Source: an uncultured delta proteobacterium
GTDB taxonomy: Bacteria; Desulfobacterota; Binatia; Binatales; Binataceae
Direction: 5' to 3'
DNA: 64,000 bases
Assembly (NCBI GenBank): GCA_963765675.1
Contig: CAVXXK010000003.1
Span: 480,001-544,000 of the forward strand
Positions 9,950 to 19,021 of the stretch are shown here, piece by piece. Under the pieces are notes generated by a model. That model ran no database searches and was not told the origin of the DNA. It worked only from the letters and a program-made list of their open reading frames with translations. Both the position numbers and the translations under genes were made by a program. How positions within the stretch are numbered: the first letter of the stretch is position 1; each line of letters starts with the position of its first letter.

Positions 9950-11554
9950 TCAATGCATCGGCTCTGCGCCTTCGGAATCGTCCGGAACGCCGCGGCGCGG
10001 AAGCAGCAGCAACAGTGGTATGGTAGCGAGAAGCATCGGGACCATGAGCCAGAAGCAATCGTTGTACGCCATCATCGTGCTCTGGCCGTTGATGATCGAA
10101 TTGAGCATCGCCATATCGCGGCGCTGGCTGGGCGCTGCATGGTAGCCGTTACTCGCGAGAAATCCGCGAAAGCTCCGGTCGGTCGAGCGAAACGCCGGGT
10201 TGGTCGCGTCGATCCCGCTTACCAGCACTGAGCGATGATACTGCGTGCGCCGCGCGACCAGCGTTGCGAGCAATGCGTACGCCACGTTTCCCGAAACCCG
10301 GCGCATGAGAGTGGTCAGGCTCGAAGCCGAAGTCATCAGCGCCCGCGGAATAGTGTTGAGCGTGACCGTGCTGGTCGTGACCATCGCGGCGCCCATCCCG
10401 ACTCCGCTCATCACCAGGATCGGGGCAAAGGACCAGAAGCCCACCCGCAACGAGAAGTGTCCCAATTGCCAGTACGAGATCACCAGCAGTGCGATTCCGA
10501 ATCCCACCAGGATGCGCGGACTCAGGATATTGTAGAGCCGTCCGACAATCGGCATCACCAGCATCATCGCGATTGCACGCGGCATCAGCACCAGCCCCGC
10601 CTGATAGGCGGGGTAGTTGAGGAGATCTTCAGTGAACTGCGGGAGCAGGAAAGACGACCCATAGAGCGCGAAGCCGACCAGAACTCCGATGCTGGTGCCG
10701 ACGGTGAAGGGCACGTTGCGCGTCAGGCGAAAATTGATGACCGGCTCGGAATGCTTGAGCTCCCAGATGACCAGAGATAACAGCGCGGTTCCCGCGATAA
10801 TCGCTCCGACAACGATCCAGCGGCTCGCGAACCAATCGACCTCTTCGCCGCGCTCGAGCACAATCTGCGTCGCGGTCAGCCCGATGGTTAAGAGCGCGAT
10901 TCCGCCCCAGTCGATCTTCAAAATTCCGCGCTTCAGATATGGCGGATCGAAAACGAACGCGCTCACCATCAGCAGGCCAACGATGCAGATCGGCACATTG
11001 ATATAAAACACGGCCTGCCAGCCGTAGTTATCGACCAGCCATCCTCCGACCACCGGACCAACCGCGGGCGCCAGGATCACGCCCATGCTGAAGATCGCCA
11101 TCGCCATCCCCTGCTCGGCCGGAGGAAACGACTCGCGCGCGATCGCCTGAGAGCACGGCATCAGGCTTCCGCCGCCGATTCCCTGCAGCACGCGATACAC
11201 GATCATCTGGATCAGGGTCTTCGAGGTGCCTGCCAATACCGAGCCGACGATGAAAACAAACATCGACGCGAGGAACAGCCGCTTGCGCCCGAGCAGGGTC
11301 GTCAGCCACGCCGCCATCGTGATCATGATGATCTCGGCGATCGAGTATGCGGTCGAGACCCAGGTGATCGTCAGCAGGTCTTGGCCGAAGGTGCCCATCA
11401 TGTGCGGCATCGCGACGTTGACCACCGTCGCGTCCATCACTGACAGGAAGGTGCCGACCATCACCGACGACGCGACCAGCCATTTGCCTGGCGCGAGCCG
11501 GACACCGGTCGGCGGAGGCGGCAGGATCTTGGGATGCGCAGCTTCAGTTGCCAT
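9950..11554 (-). CDS. DHA2 (EmrB/QacA) multidrug efflux MFS permease
   Basis: DATVVNVAMP, WVSTAY, YRVLQGIGGG, GPVVGGWL and VFYINVP motifs; 14-TM pattern. Confidence 0.92.
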   Translation of the reverse strand: MATEAAHPKILPPPPTGVRLAPGKWLVASSVMVGTFLSVMDATVVNVAMPHMMGTFGQDLLTITWVSTAYSIAEIIMITMAAWLTTLLGRKRLFLASMFVFIVGSVLAGTSKTLIQMIVYRVLQGIGGGSLMPCSQAIARESFPPAEQGMAMAIFSMGVILAPAVGPVVGGWLVDNYGWQAVFYINVPICIVGLLMVSAFVFDPPYLKRGILKIDWGGIALLTIGLTATQIVLERGEEVDWFASRWIVVGAIIAGTALLSLVIWELKHSEPVINFRLTRNVPFTVGTSIGVLVGFALYGSSFLLPQFTEDLLNYPAYQAGLVLMPRAIAMMLVMPIVGRLYNILSPRILVGFGIALLVISYWQLGHFSLRVGFWSFAPILVMSGVGMGAAMVTTSTVTLNTIPRALMTSASSLTTLMRRVSGNVAYALLATLVARRTQYHRSVLVSGIDATNPAFRSTDRSFRGFLASNGYHAAPSQRRDMAMLNSIINGQSTMMAYNDCFWLMVPMLLATIPLLLLLPRRGVPDDSEGAEPMH

Positions 11555-11681
11555 CGGGATACGCGCGCGCCGCCGCGAGCGGCACACCGATCTATTCTAG
11601 CAACAACATGGCAAGACCCAAGGAACCGAGCGACCCGCTCCAGTCAGTAATTCGAGCGCAGGCGCACAGCTCCTGCCGATG

Positions 11682-11808
11682 CCCTCTCCCTCCGGGAGAG
11701 GGCAAGCGGCGCGGCGATTGCTTCTTTCAGCAATCGCCGTGACGCGCGGGTGAGGGCGGGCCTTGCTCCATCGCGGATCTTTTTTAATCGCACGTCGCGA
11801 GCGCGCCT
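11682..11808. repeat. Composite palindromic intergenic repeat, copy B
   Basis: Near-identical to the first ~80 nt of copy A (CCCTCTCCC..GGGAGAGGG..GCGATTGCTTC..AGCAATCGCCGTGACGCGCGGGTGAGGG). Confidence 0.85.
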
Positions 11809-11881
11809 TGCCAGCGATTCGAACATGATAATCTGCTAAGTGAAGAGATATTGCGTCTATGGCTGCGAAGGAAGATCAGGC

Positions 11882-12904
11882 GTGAAGCTATCGATTGTGG
11901 ATCAATGTCCCGTGCCGGAGGGCTTCACACCCGCCGACGCGCTGCGCAACACGATTGATCTGGCGCGACTCGCCGATCGCCTGGGCTACGAGCGCTACTG
12001 GATCGCCGAGCACCACGCGACCGGATCGTTCGCCAGCTCCGCGCCTGAGGTCTTGATCTCGCGCGTCGCGGCAGAGACCACGCACATCCGCGTCGGTTCG
12101 GGCGGCGTGATGCTGCCGCATTACAGTTCGCTCAAAGTCGCTGAGGTTTTCCGGATGCTGCATGCGCTGTATCCCGGCCGGATCGATCTCGGAATCGGAC
12201 GCGCTCCTGGCGGCAGTCCGCTGGATACGTTTGCGCTCCGGCGCGAGCGGACCCGCAGCCCGATGCCCGACGATTTCCCGCAACAGATGGCGGAGCTGAT
12301 GGCGTTTCTCTCCGCCAGCTTTCCCGACGAGCATCCGTTCCGCGAGATCGCGGTTTCACCCGCGATGCCTGACGCGCCTGAAGTATGGTTGCTCGGTTCG
12401 AGCATGTGGAGCGCTGCGGCCGCGGCGCAATTCGGCGTGCCGTACGCATTCGCGCACTTCATCGATCCGACGCATACGCGCAAGGCGATCGAATACTATC
12501 GCGACCACGTCAACCGCAGCGGCGGCGCGCTCGCCGGGCAGACGATCCTAGCGCTCGGCGCGATCTGCGCGGACACTGACGAGCAGGCGCATCGCCTTTA
12601 TTCGAGCGTGCGCGCGTGGGCGCAGCGCCTGCGCCAGGGCGGAGGACGCGGTCCGATTCCGACGCCAGAGCGGGCGCTGACGCAGATCGGATCAACATAC
12701 GGGCGGCTGCCCAACGACACCGGCGAATGGCCACGCGTCTTCGTCGGCGACGCGAAGCATCTGCACGACGAGCTCGCGCGTATCGCCGAGGAGTTGCACA
12801 TCGACGAGATAATGATCGTGACGGTGGTACACGATCATCAGGCGCGCAGGCACTCCTACGAACTACTCGCCGACGCCTTCGGCCTCACCCCGCGCGCGGG
12901 CTAG
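11882..12904 (+). CDS. LLM class (luciferase-like) flavin-dependent oxidoreductase
   Basis: RYWIAEHH, RVGSGGVMLPHYS, GRIDLGIGRAPG and WLLGSS motifs. Confidence 0.93.
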   Translation: MKLSIVDQCPVPEGFTPADALRNTIDLARLADRLGYERYWIAEHHATGSFASSAPEVLISRVAAETTHIRVGSGGVMLPHYSSLKVAEVFRMLHALYPGRIDLGIGRAPGGSPLDTFALRRERTRSPMPDDFPQQMAELMAFLSASFPDEHPFREIAVSPAMPDAPEVWLLGSSMWSAAAAAQFGVPYAFAHFIDPTHTRKAIEYYRDHVNRSGGALAGQTILALGAICADTDEQAHRLYSSVRAWAQRLRQGGGRGPIPTPERALTQIGSTYGRLPNDTGEWPRVFVGDAKHLHDELARIAEELHIDEIMIVTVVHDHQARRHSYELLADAFGLTPRAG

Positions 12905-13362
12905 TTGCCCTTTAGCGCCTTGATATCATCGAGCAGGACTTTTTCGTGGCCCTGCGGATTCACTTTAGCGTAGGATTTCCGTACGACGCCCTTGGGATCG
13001 ATAACGAAGCTCGAACGCTCCCAGAACTTCATGTTGTTCCATTCCGCCTGGTTGATTCCGCACGCCTTCATCAGATCTGATTTGGGATCGGCCAGCAGAT
13101 CGATCGTGAAGCTGAACTTGTTGCAGAAGTTCTTGTGCGAGGTCACGTCGTCGGCGCTGACACCCAGCACCGTGATGCCCGCCTTGTCGAAGTCAGCCTT
13201 CGACGCGGTGAACGACTTGCCCTGGATCGTGCATCCCGGCGTGTCGTCCTTGGGATAGAAATAGACCACCAGCCATTTGCCGGCGAAGTCGCCGAGTTTT
13301 ACGGTTTTGCCGTCCTGGTTGGGCAGTGAGAAATTCGGAAATGCGCTTCCTGCTTCGAGCAT
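12901..13362 (-). CDS. bcp: Peroxiredoxin (Bcp/PrxQ)
   Basis: YFYPKDDTPGCT motif. Confidence 0.93.
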   Translation of the reverse strand: MLEAGSAFPNFSLPNQDGKTVKLGDFAGKWLVVYFYPKDDTPGCTIQGKSFTASKADFDKAGITVLGVSADDVTSHKNFCNKFSFTIDLLADPKSDLMKACGINQAEWNNMKFWERSSFVIDPKGVVRKSYAKVNPQGHEKVLLDDIKALKGN

Positions 13363-13449
13363 GATTCACCTGGTCCTTGCTATGAATGTTTGATCGCCGC
13401 GGCGCAGCGGCCGCATCAATCTTATAGCACGGCTACACGGTTTCTCGCC

Positions 13450-13869
13450 TCACTTACGCGCGGTCATCCGGTTGTCGATTTCCTGTTCGCTCACGTCCTC
13501 GATATGCGCGGCGATGAACCAGGTGATGCCGCATGGATCGACTACCCACGCGTTGCGATCGCCGTACGGCTTGTCGGTTGGCGCCTCGACTGATTTCGCA
13601 CCGGCAGCAATCGCGCGCGAGTAGGTCGCATCGACGTCATCGACGTACAAGTAGATCGAGGCCGGCGCGGGCTCGGTCTGCCCAACCATGAACATCGAGT
13701 CGCCGATCCGGAATTCGGCGTGAACGTGTCCGTTGCCCAGATCGTGATAGCGGGTCTCGGCGCCGCCGAAAACGCGCGTCACGAAATCGATCAGCTTGCG
13801 CGCGTCGGCAACGTACAAGAACGGCGTCGCAGCGTGAAATCCATCGGGCCTGCGTTTTACTGATCCCAT
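13450..13869 (-). CDS. VOC/glyoxalase (PhnB-like) family protein
   Basis: TPFLYV, HAEFRIGDS and YGDR..VVDPCG.TW motifs; AGGAG RBS before ATG 13869. Confidence 0.88.
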   Translation of the reverse strand: MGSVKRRPDGFHAATPFLYVADARKLIDFVTRVFGGAETRYHDLGNGHVHAEFRIGDSMFMVGQTEPAPASIYLYVDDVDATYSRAIAAGAKSVEAPTDKPYGDRNAWVVDPCGITWFIAAHIEDVSEQEIDNRMTARK

Positions 13870-13910
13870 CGTAGTCTCCTTGAGTAGCAGAGTTTTTGTT
13901 ACGCGCCGAA

Positions 13911-14987
13911 TCACCCCGCGCGCGGATCGTCGGCGAATGAAACCTCGTCCGTCTTGTTCGGCGTGCAGTACAGGATCGTCACCCACGTCTTCGGGAGCTG
14001 GCGATGCCATATGCCGCGCGGGCACACGAACGCGTCCCCCGCGCGAATCGTGCGCGTAACAGGACCATCGTCGGTCATCGCTGTCAGCTCGGCTTCGCCG
14101 TCGAGCGCATAGAGCAACTCGTCGCCATCGGGATGCCGCTCCCACGGCGTTCGTCCCGAGAAGCGCATCACGCCGAGCCTCAGCCGATCGAGATCGGCCA
14201 GATGCAGGTATGCCGCGTTGGCTTCCTCCGCGGTGGTCTGCTCGGTGATCGCGAGCGGGGTCGCCCGGGCGGCGGCCGCGCTCACGTCGTAGGAGGGAAT
14301 CGCAGCGCCCGCACTTGGCGGAGCAACCCGCGCCGCGTCGGGCGACATCGGAGGGGCGCCCACTACACGAGGATCGGACAAGTCCGAACCTTCGGTGCCT
14401 GCGCCCGGTGTGAGCGAGAGTTCGGAAACGAAAGGACGTGGGATCTGGCGATGCCACAATCCGCGGGGACAGATGAAAATCGATCCCTTGTCCGCAAACG
14501 ATGTTACCGGACCCGCGTCGGTCAGCGTGACGACCTCGGCGGCCCCGTCGACGATATACAGCATCTCGTTGCCGCCCGGATGGCGCTCCCAGTGCGTAGG
14601 CGTGCGCGCGTACGACGCGACCAGCGTCGTCTCATTCACGGGCTGGAGGAAACGCATCGAGGAATCGGGCAGCCCGTCGAGCGCGGCGCCGATGTCGTGC
14701 GGGAAGAATGGAGGACGGTGCTCGATATCGCCGAGGATCGCGTAGATCTGCGCCTCGGTGAATTCCCGCGTGATCGCGGGCGTCAACGACGGCGCGCCGG
14801 ACTTTGCCGCTAGCTCGCGCTTCAGGCGCGCCCTGAACTCGTGGCGTGGAAGATCGCGCAGCTCAGAGGCAATACGCATCAGCGCTGCGACTTTCGGATC
14901 GAGCTTCACGTGTGGGTCATCCGGGCTGGACATTATGGCCTCCACGGCCATATCGAGTTGTTCCGACAGGCTCGTGCGTTTAGCCAT
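13911..14987 (-). CDS. Putative anti-sigma N-terminal domain fused to two tandem cupin domains
   Basis: Helical N-terminus (EQLD...LRDLPRHEFRARLKREL) overlaps the ECF stop codon. Two repeats of WERHP.G.E.LY..DG...CPRG.WHRQ follow. Confidence 0.75.
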   Translation of the reverse strand: MAKRTSLSEQLDMAVEAIMSSPDDPHVKLDPKVAALMRIASELRDLPRHEFRARLKRELAAKSGAPSLTPAITREFTEAQIYAILGDIEHRPPFFPHDIGAALDGLPDSSMRFLQPVNETTLVASYARTPTHWERHPGGNEMLYIVDGAAEVVTLTDAGPVTSFADKGSIFICPRGLWHRQIPRPFVSELSLTPGAGTEGSDLSDPRVVGAPPMSPDAARVAPPSAGAAIPSYDVSAAAARATPLAITEQTTAEEANAAYLHLADLDRLRLGVMRFSGRTPWERHPDGDELLYALDGEAELTAMTDDGPVTRTIRAGDAFVCPRGIWHRQLPKTWVTILYCTPNKTDEVSFADDPRAG

Positions 14988-15531
14988 TGGAGTCACCAAT
15001 CCGTTTCCTCAGATTGTGCAATGCGCGGAATTGAAGCTGCTTGATCGCGCCTTCGCTGCGGCCGAGCGCGCCTGCTATCTGCGCGATACTCTTCTGCTCG
15101 GCAAAACGCATCTTGATCACGCGGCGCTGGTCGTCGGCGAGTTCGTCGACCATCTTAAACAGGCGCGCGCGATGCTCGAGTTCCTCGGGCGGCGGCTCGG
15201 GTTCCGCGTCGTCAGGATGGTAGCCGCGCGCGCGAGCCGCACGCGCTGCTCGATCGGCGATCGCGTTGGCGGCAATCCGGCAGAGCCACGCCGCGAATGG
15301 TACGCCGCGCCACTGGTAGCGGCCGAGATTCTCGAGCGCGCGATGAAAAACGTCCGCGGTGAGATCTTCCACTTCTGCGCGCTCGTGAACCCGTCGCGCA
15401 ACGTACGCATAGACGCGGGGAAAATTCTCCTCGTACAGGCAGGCGAAACGGCTTGGATCGGTCTGCGCGGCCGAGATCATCTGCCGCTCTTCCGAGTCGT
15501 CCGTCAAAATTGCCGCCCTAGCCCGCGCCAT
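14980..15531 (-). CDS. ECF RNA polymerase sigma-70 factor
   Basis: EDLTADVF, FAAWLCRIAAN and a region 4 HTH (SIAQIAGALGRSEGAIKQLQFRA). Confidence 0.93.
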   Translation of the reverse strand: MARARAAILTDDSEERQMISAAQTDPSRFACLYEENFPRVYAYVARRVHERAEVEDLTADVFHRALENLGRYQWRGVPFAAWLCRIAANAIADRAARAARARGYHPDDAEPEPPPEELEHRARLFKMVDELADDQRRVIKMRFAEQKSIAQIAGALGRSEGAIKQLQFRALHNLRKRIGDSNG

Positions 15532-15547
15532 GTGCTTACCTATTCAT

Positions 15548-15575
15548 ATAAACGCCCGTCACCGCAAAAGGTCAC
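15548..15575 (-). promoter_or_regulatory. Possible autoregulated ECF-type promoter
   Basis: GTGACC-N15-CGTTTA on the minus strand just upstream of the ECF start codon. Confidence 0.35.
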
Positions 15576-15608
15576 GCGCGTTGATGTCCGATCCCTCGCC
15601 CGCTGCTG

Positions 15609-15778
15609 CCTCGCCCTGAAGGGGAGAGGTTAGGTGAGGGACATTTTTCAGCGCGGCGCGCAGCGATGCGCGATTAAATGAAGATGCGGAGCAAGGCCGC
15701 CCTCACCTACGCGTCACGATACTTGCGAAAGAAACGCAAGCATCACGCCGCGTTGCCCTTTCCCGGAGGGAGAGGGGG
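15609..15778. repeat. Composite palindromic intergenic repeat, copy C (inverted relative to A)
   Basis: CCTCGCCCTGAAGGGGAGAGGTTAGGTGAGGG...TTCAGCGCGGCGCG..CGCGATTA...CCCTCACC..CGCGTCACG..CTTGCG..CGCAAG..CCCGGAGGGAGAGGG. Confidence 0.85.
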
Positions 15779-15805
15779 TTTCGGATGGATTGGCATTTTG
15801 TCCCC

Positions 15806-15841
15806 TTGACACAATTTGGCCAGGCGTTCAATATTTTGACC
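15806..15841 (+). promoter_or_regulatory. Sigma70 promoter for a leaderless tetR mRNA, with an overlapping operator-like imperfect inverted repeat
   Basis: TTGACA (15806)-17bp-CAATAT (15829), ATG at 15842; TTGGCC-N4-GTTCAA lies between the boxes. Confidence 0.55.
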
Positions 15842-16468
15842 ATGCGGCCAGAAATTGAACCCGACTCCGACCGGCGCTCCTTCATCGAAACCGCGCGGCG
15901 CGCGCAGATCATCGAATGCGCGATCGAGACCATCGCCACCCTCGGATACGCGCGCGCGTCGCTGGCGCAGATCGCGCGACGCGCCGGCATCAGCAAGGGC
16001 GTTATCTCTTATCACTTCAAAAGCAAGGCCGAACTGATCCGGCAGATCGTCGACGAGGTTTATTCCGCCGGCGAGGCCTTCATGCGCCCGCGACTCATGG
16101 CCGAGACCTCGGCGCGCGCGATCCTGCGCAAATATATCGAGAGCAACCTCGAATTCCTGGGCACGCATCGGATGCATCTGGCCGCGCTGTCGGAAATTTA
16201 CAAGAATGCGCGGCCGGGCCAGCCTATCGAACGCAGCGACGCGCACTCCGACGAGCGATTGATCTCGGGGCTCGAGCGGCTTCTGCGCCGCGGACAGCGC
16301 AGCGGCGAGTTCCGCGAGTTCTCCACCCGCGTGATGGCGATCACTATCCGGATCGCTGCGATCGACGCGATCTCGCCACAGTTGATAGCCGATCCAAAGC
16401 TTGATCTCGACGCGTACGCGCGCGAACTGGTGAACCTCTTTGACCGCGCCACTCGCAGGAGTGCATAA
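15842..16468 (+). CDS. TetR/AcrR family transcriptional regulator
   Basis: ASLAQIARRAGISKGVISYHFKSKAEL HTH. Confidence 0.93.
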   Translation: MRPEIEPDSDRRSFIETARRAQIIECAIETIATLGYARASLAQIARRAGISKGVISYHFKSKAELIRQIVDEVYSAGEAFMRPRLMAETSARAILRKYIESNLEFLGTHRMHLAALSEIYKNARPGQPIERSDAHSDERLISGLERLLRRGQRSGEFREFSTRVMAITIRIAAIDAISPQLIADPKLDLDAYARELVNLFDRATRRSA

Positions 16469-17989
16469 ATGGCAACCGCAATTTCCACCCAGCCGGTAGC
16501 TCAACCGCCGCTCGAAGGACCGCGCCTCGGCTTTGCGATCAAAACCTTCTACGGAGTCGGCTCGATCGCGTTCGGGGTCGAGACCGTGGCGCTCGGATCG
16601 CTGCTGTTGCTGTTTTTCAACCAGGTGGTCGGGCTGCCGGCGCCGTGGGTCGGAGCTGCGATCATGATCGCGCTGGTATTCGACGCGATCTTCGATCCGA
16701 TCGTGGGACAATGGTCCGATCATTTTCGCTCGCGGCTGGGCCGGCGGCATCCGTTCATGTACGCCTCCGCGCTGCCGCTGGCGGTCGCGTTCTATTTTCT
16801 GTGGAACCCGCCGCACGGATGGAGCAAGGGGGCGATGTTCGCGTACCTGATCACGCTGCTGATTTCGGTGCGGCTGCTCGTCAGCCTGTACGAGATTCCC
16901 AGCTCCGCGCTCGCGCCCGAGCTGACGCCGGACTACGACGAGCGCACCAGCTTGCTCAGCTACCGCTTCTTCTTCGGGATGATCGGCGGCACCGCGATGG
17001 CGATATTGGCGTTCCGGGTTTTTCTGCGCCAGGACGCAACTCACACGCTAGGCGTGCTCGACAGGGTGGGCTACGCGCGCTGGGGCCTGGTCGCCTCGAT
17101 CGTCATGTTCATCACGATCCTGATCACCTGCGTGGGCACGCAGGGCCGCGGGATCGATATCAAAACTCCGCCGCGAGTGGCCGGGAGCTTCTCCGGAAAC
17201 ATTCGGGAAATCATGACGACGTTATCGAACCGCTCGTTCCTGGCGCTGATGATCGCAGGGATCATTTCAGCGATCGCGGGCGGACTTTCCAGCGGCCTCG
17301 GCCTCTACATCACGACCTATTTCTGGGAGCTGACCTCGAAGGAAATTTCCTACCTGGTCGCGTTCGGTTTTTTCTCGGCGCTTCTGGGGGTCACGCTGGC
17401 GCCGATGGTCTCGAAGTGGATGGGCAAGAAGCGCGCGATGATCACGCTGTTCGCGATCTCGCTGGTCGCGAGCGTGATTCCGATTCCGCTGAAACTCATC
17501 GGCCTGATGCCACCGGCCCATTCGTTCGCGCTCATCGCGGCGCTGGTGGTGGACGGGGTCGTCCGTGACACACTCGGCATCATGGGCTTCATCATCGTGT
17601 CCTCGATGATGGCGGACGTGGTCGAGGATATCGCGGTGCACACGGGGCAGCGCTCCGAGGGGCTGCTGTTCGCGGCCAACGGGCTGTTGCAGAAGGTGGT
17701 TTCGGGCGGCGGTACTTTTGTTTCGGGATTGCTGCTCTCGTTCGTGCATTTTCCGCAGAATGCGGTGCAGGGCCACGTCGATCCGCTGATTTTGCGCCAT
17801 CTGGTTTTGATCTATGTTCCAATCACGGCGGCGTGCAGCGCGATCGCGATCGCAGTGCTGGGCTTCTACCGGATCGATCGCGCAAGCCATCAGCACAACC
17901 TCGAGCAACTGCGCGACGCCGGCGCGATCGCGCAGACGAGCCAGGCCGAAGCGATCGAAGGCATCACGCCGCTGACCCGCGCGATCTAG
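16469..17989 (+). CDS. GPH (MelB/XynT-like) MFS symporter
   Basis: DAIFDPIVGQWSD..RSRLGRRHPF, ELTPDYDERT and MMADVVE..GQRSEG motifs. Confidence 0.9.
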   Translation: MATAISTQPVAQPPLEGPRLGFAIKTFYGVGSIAFGVETVALGSLLLLFFNQVVGLPAPWVGAAIMIALVFDAIFDPIVGQWSDHFRSRLGRRHPFMYASALPLAVAFYFLWNPPHGWSKGAMFAYLITLLISVRLLVSLYEIPSSALAPELTPDYDERTSLLSYRFFFGMIGGTAMAILAFRVFLRQDATHTLGVLDRVGYARWGLVASIVMFITILITCVGTQGRGIDIKTPPRVAGSFSGNIREIMTTLSNRSFLALMIAGIISAIAGGLSSGLGLYITTYFWELTSKEISYLVAFGFFSALLGVTLAPMVSKWMGKKRAMITLFAISLVASVIPIPLKLIGLMPPAHSFALIAALVVDGVVRDTLGIMGFIIVSSMMADVVEDIAVHTGQRSEGLLFAANGLLQKVVSGGGTFVSGLLLSFVHFPQNAVQGHVDPLILRHLVLIYVPITAACSAIAIAVLGFYRIDRASHQHNLEQLRDAGAIAQTSQAEAIEGITPLTRAI

Positions 17990-18046
17990 CGGCGAGCATC
18001 TGGATGCGATCGATTTCGCCGGCGACCGCCCAAGGGGGAAGGAAAG

Positions 18047-19012
18047 ATGAGAATCCAAAATCGTCTTACTGTTTCATCGACGGCGATCGCCGCGATCATT
18101 TTGATGCTGGCGCTGGCGCCGCTCTCGCACGCCGCCGAGCCTGTAACCTCGAGCAGTTTTCAATTCGGAGGCTTTGAGCGCACGTACGCGCTGCACGTTC
18201 CTTCTCGCTACGACGGCAAAACTCCCGCGGCGCTCGTGATCGCGCTGCATGGCGCCGGAGGTTCCGGTACGCGAACGCTCACGCGCGAGGGCTGGGTCGC
18301 GGCGTCCGACCGCGATGGCTTTATCGTTGCGGGACCCGACGCTCTGCCGATCCGGCCGTCTGAGCCGGAGAGCTTCCGGACCAATCCAAGCGCGTGGAAC
18401 GATCTTGGCCAGACCGCAACCGCGGATACCGCGCATCACCGGGTCGATGACGTCGGATTTATCGACGCGTTAATCACACGCCTGTCGAGCCAGTACCGGA
18501 TTGATTCGCGGCGCATCTACGTTACCGGCTTTTCCAGCGGCGCCAGCATGACGCTGACGCTCGGGGTGAAGCTGGCAGGACGCCTCGCGGCGATCGCGCC
18601 GGTCTCGGGCCAATATCGATTGGGCCCGGCGACGCTCGCGGCGCCGGTCTCGATGCTCTACATCATCGGCACCGCCGATCCGCTGAACCCTCTGGCCGGT
18701 GGCGCGGCGACCACGCCGTGGGGAACCAGTTCCAAGCCTCCCATCGCGCAATCGATCAATGCGTGGCACACGATGCTCAAGTGCCCGAGCAGCGCGGCGA
18801 CCGTGCGCGACAGCGGTGGCGTGAAGGGAATCTCGTACGGTCCATGTGCGGGCGGCACCGTGCTCAAGTTCTACACGGTTGACGGTCTCGGCCACGTATG
18901 GCCGGGCAGCCCGCAGGTTCTGCCCGCGCGATGGGTCGGCGAGGCGAGCAACAAGCTCGACGGCACCGATCTGATCTGCAAATTTTTCGCGGCGCACCGG
19001 AAAGTCGACTGA
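18047..19012 (+). CDS. Secreted LpqC/PHB-depolymerase-like esterase
   Basis: Signal peptide, LHGAGG, DDVGFI, GFSSG nucleophile elbow and GHVWPG. Confidence 0.85.
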   Translation: MRIQNRLTVSSTAIAAIILMLALAPLSHAAEPVTSSSFQFGGFERTYALHVPSRYDGKTPAALVIALHGAGGSGTRTLTREGWVAASDRDGFIVAGPDALPIRPSEPESFRTNPSAWNDLGQTATADTAHHRVDDVGFIDALITRLSSQYRIDSRRIYVTGFSSGASMTLTLGVKLAGRLAAIAPVSGQYRLGPATLAAPVSMLYIIGTADPLNPLAGGAATTPWGTSSKPPIAQSINAWHTMLKCPSSAATVRDSGGVKGISYGPCAGGTVLKFYTVDGLGHVWPGSPQVLPARWVGEASNKLDGTDLICKFFAAHRKVD

Positions 19013-19021
19013 GGCATCGCG

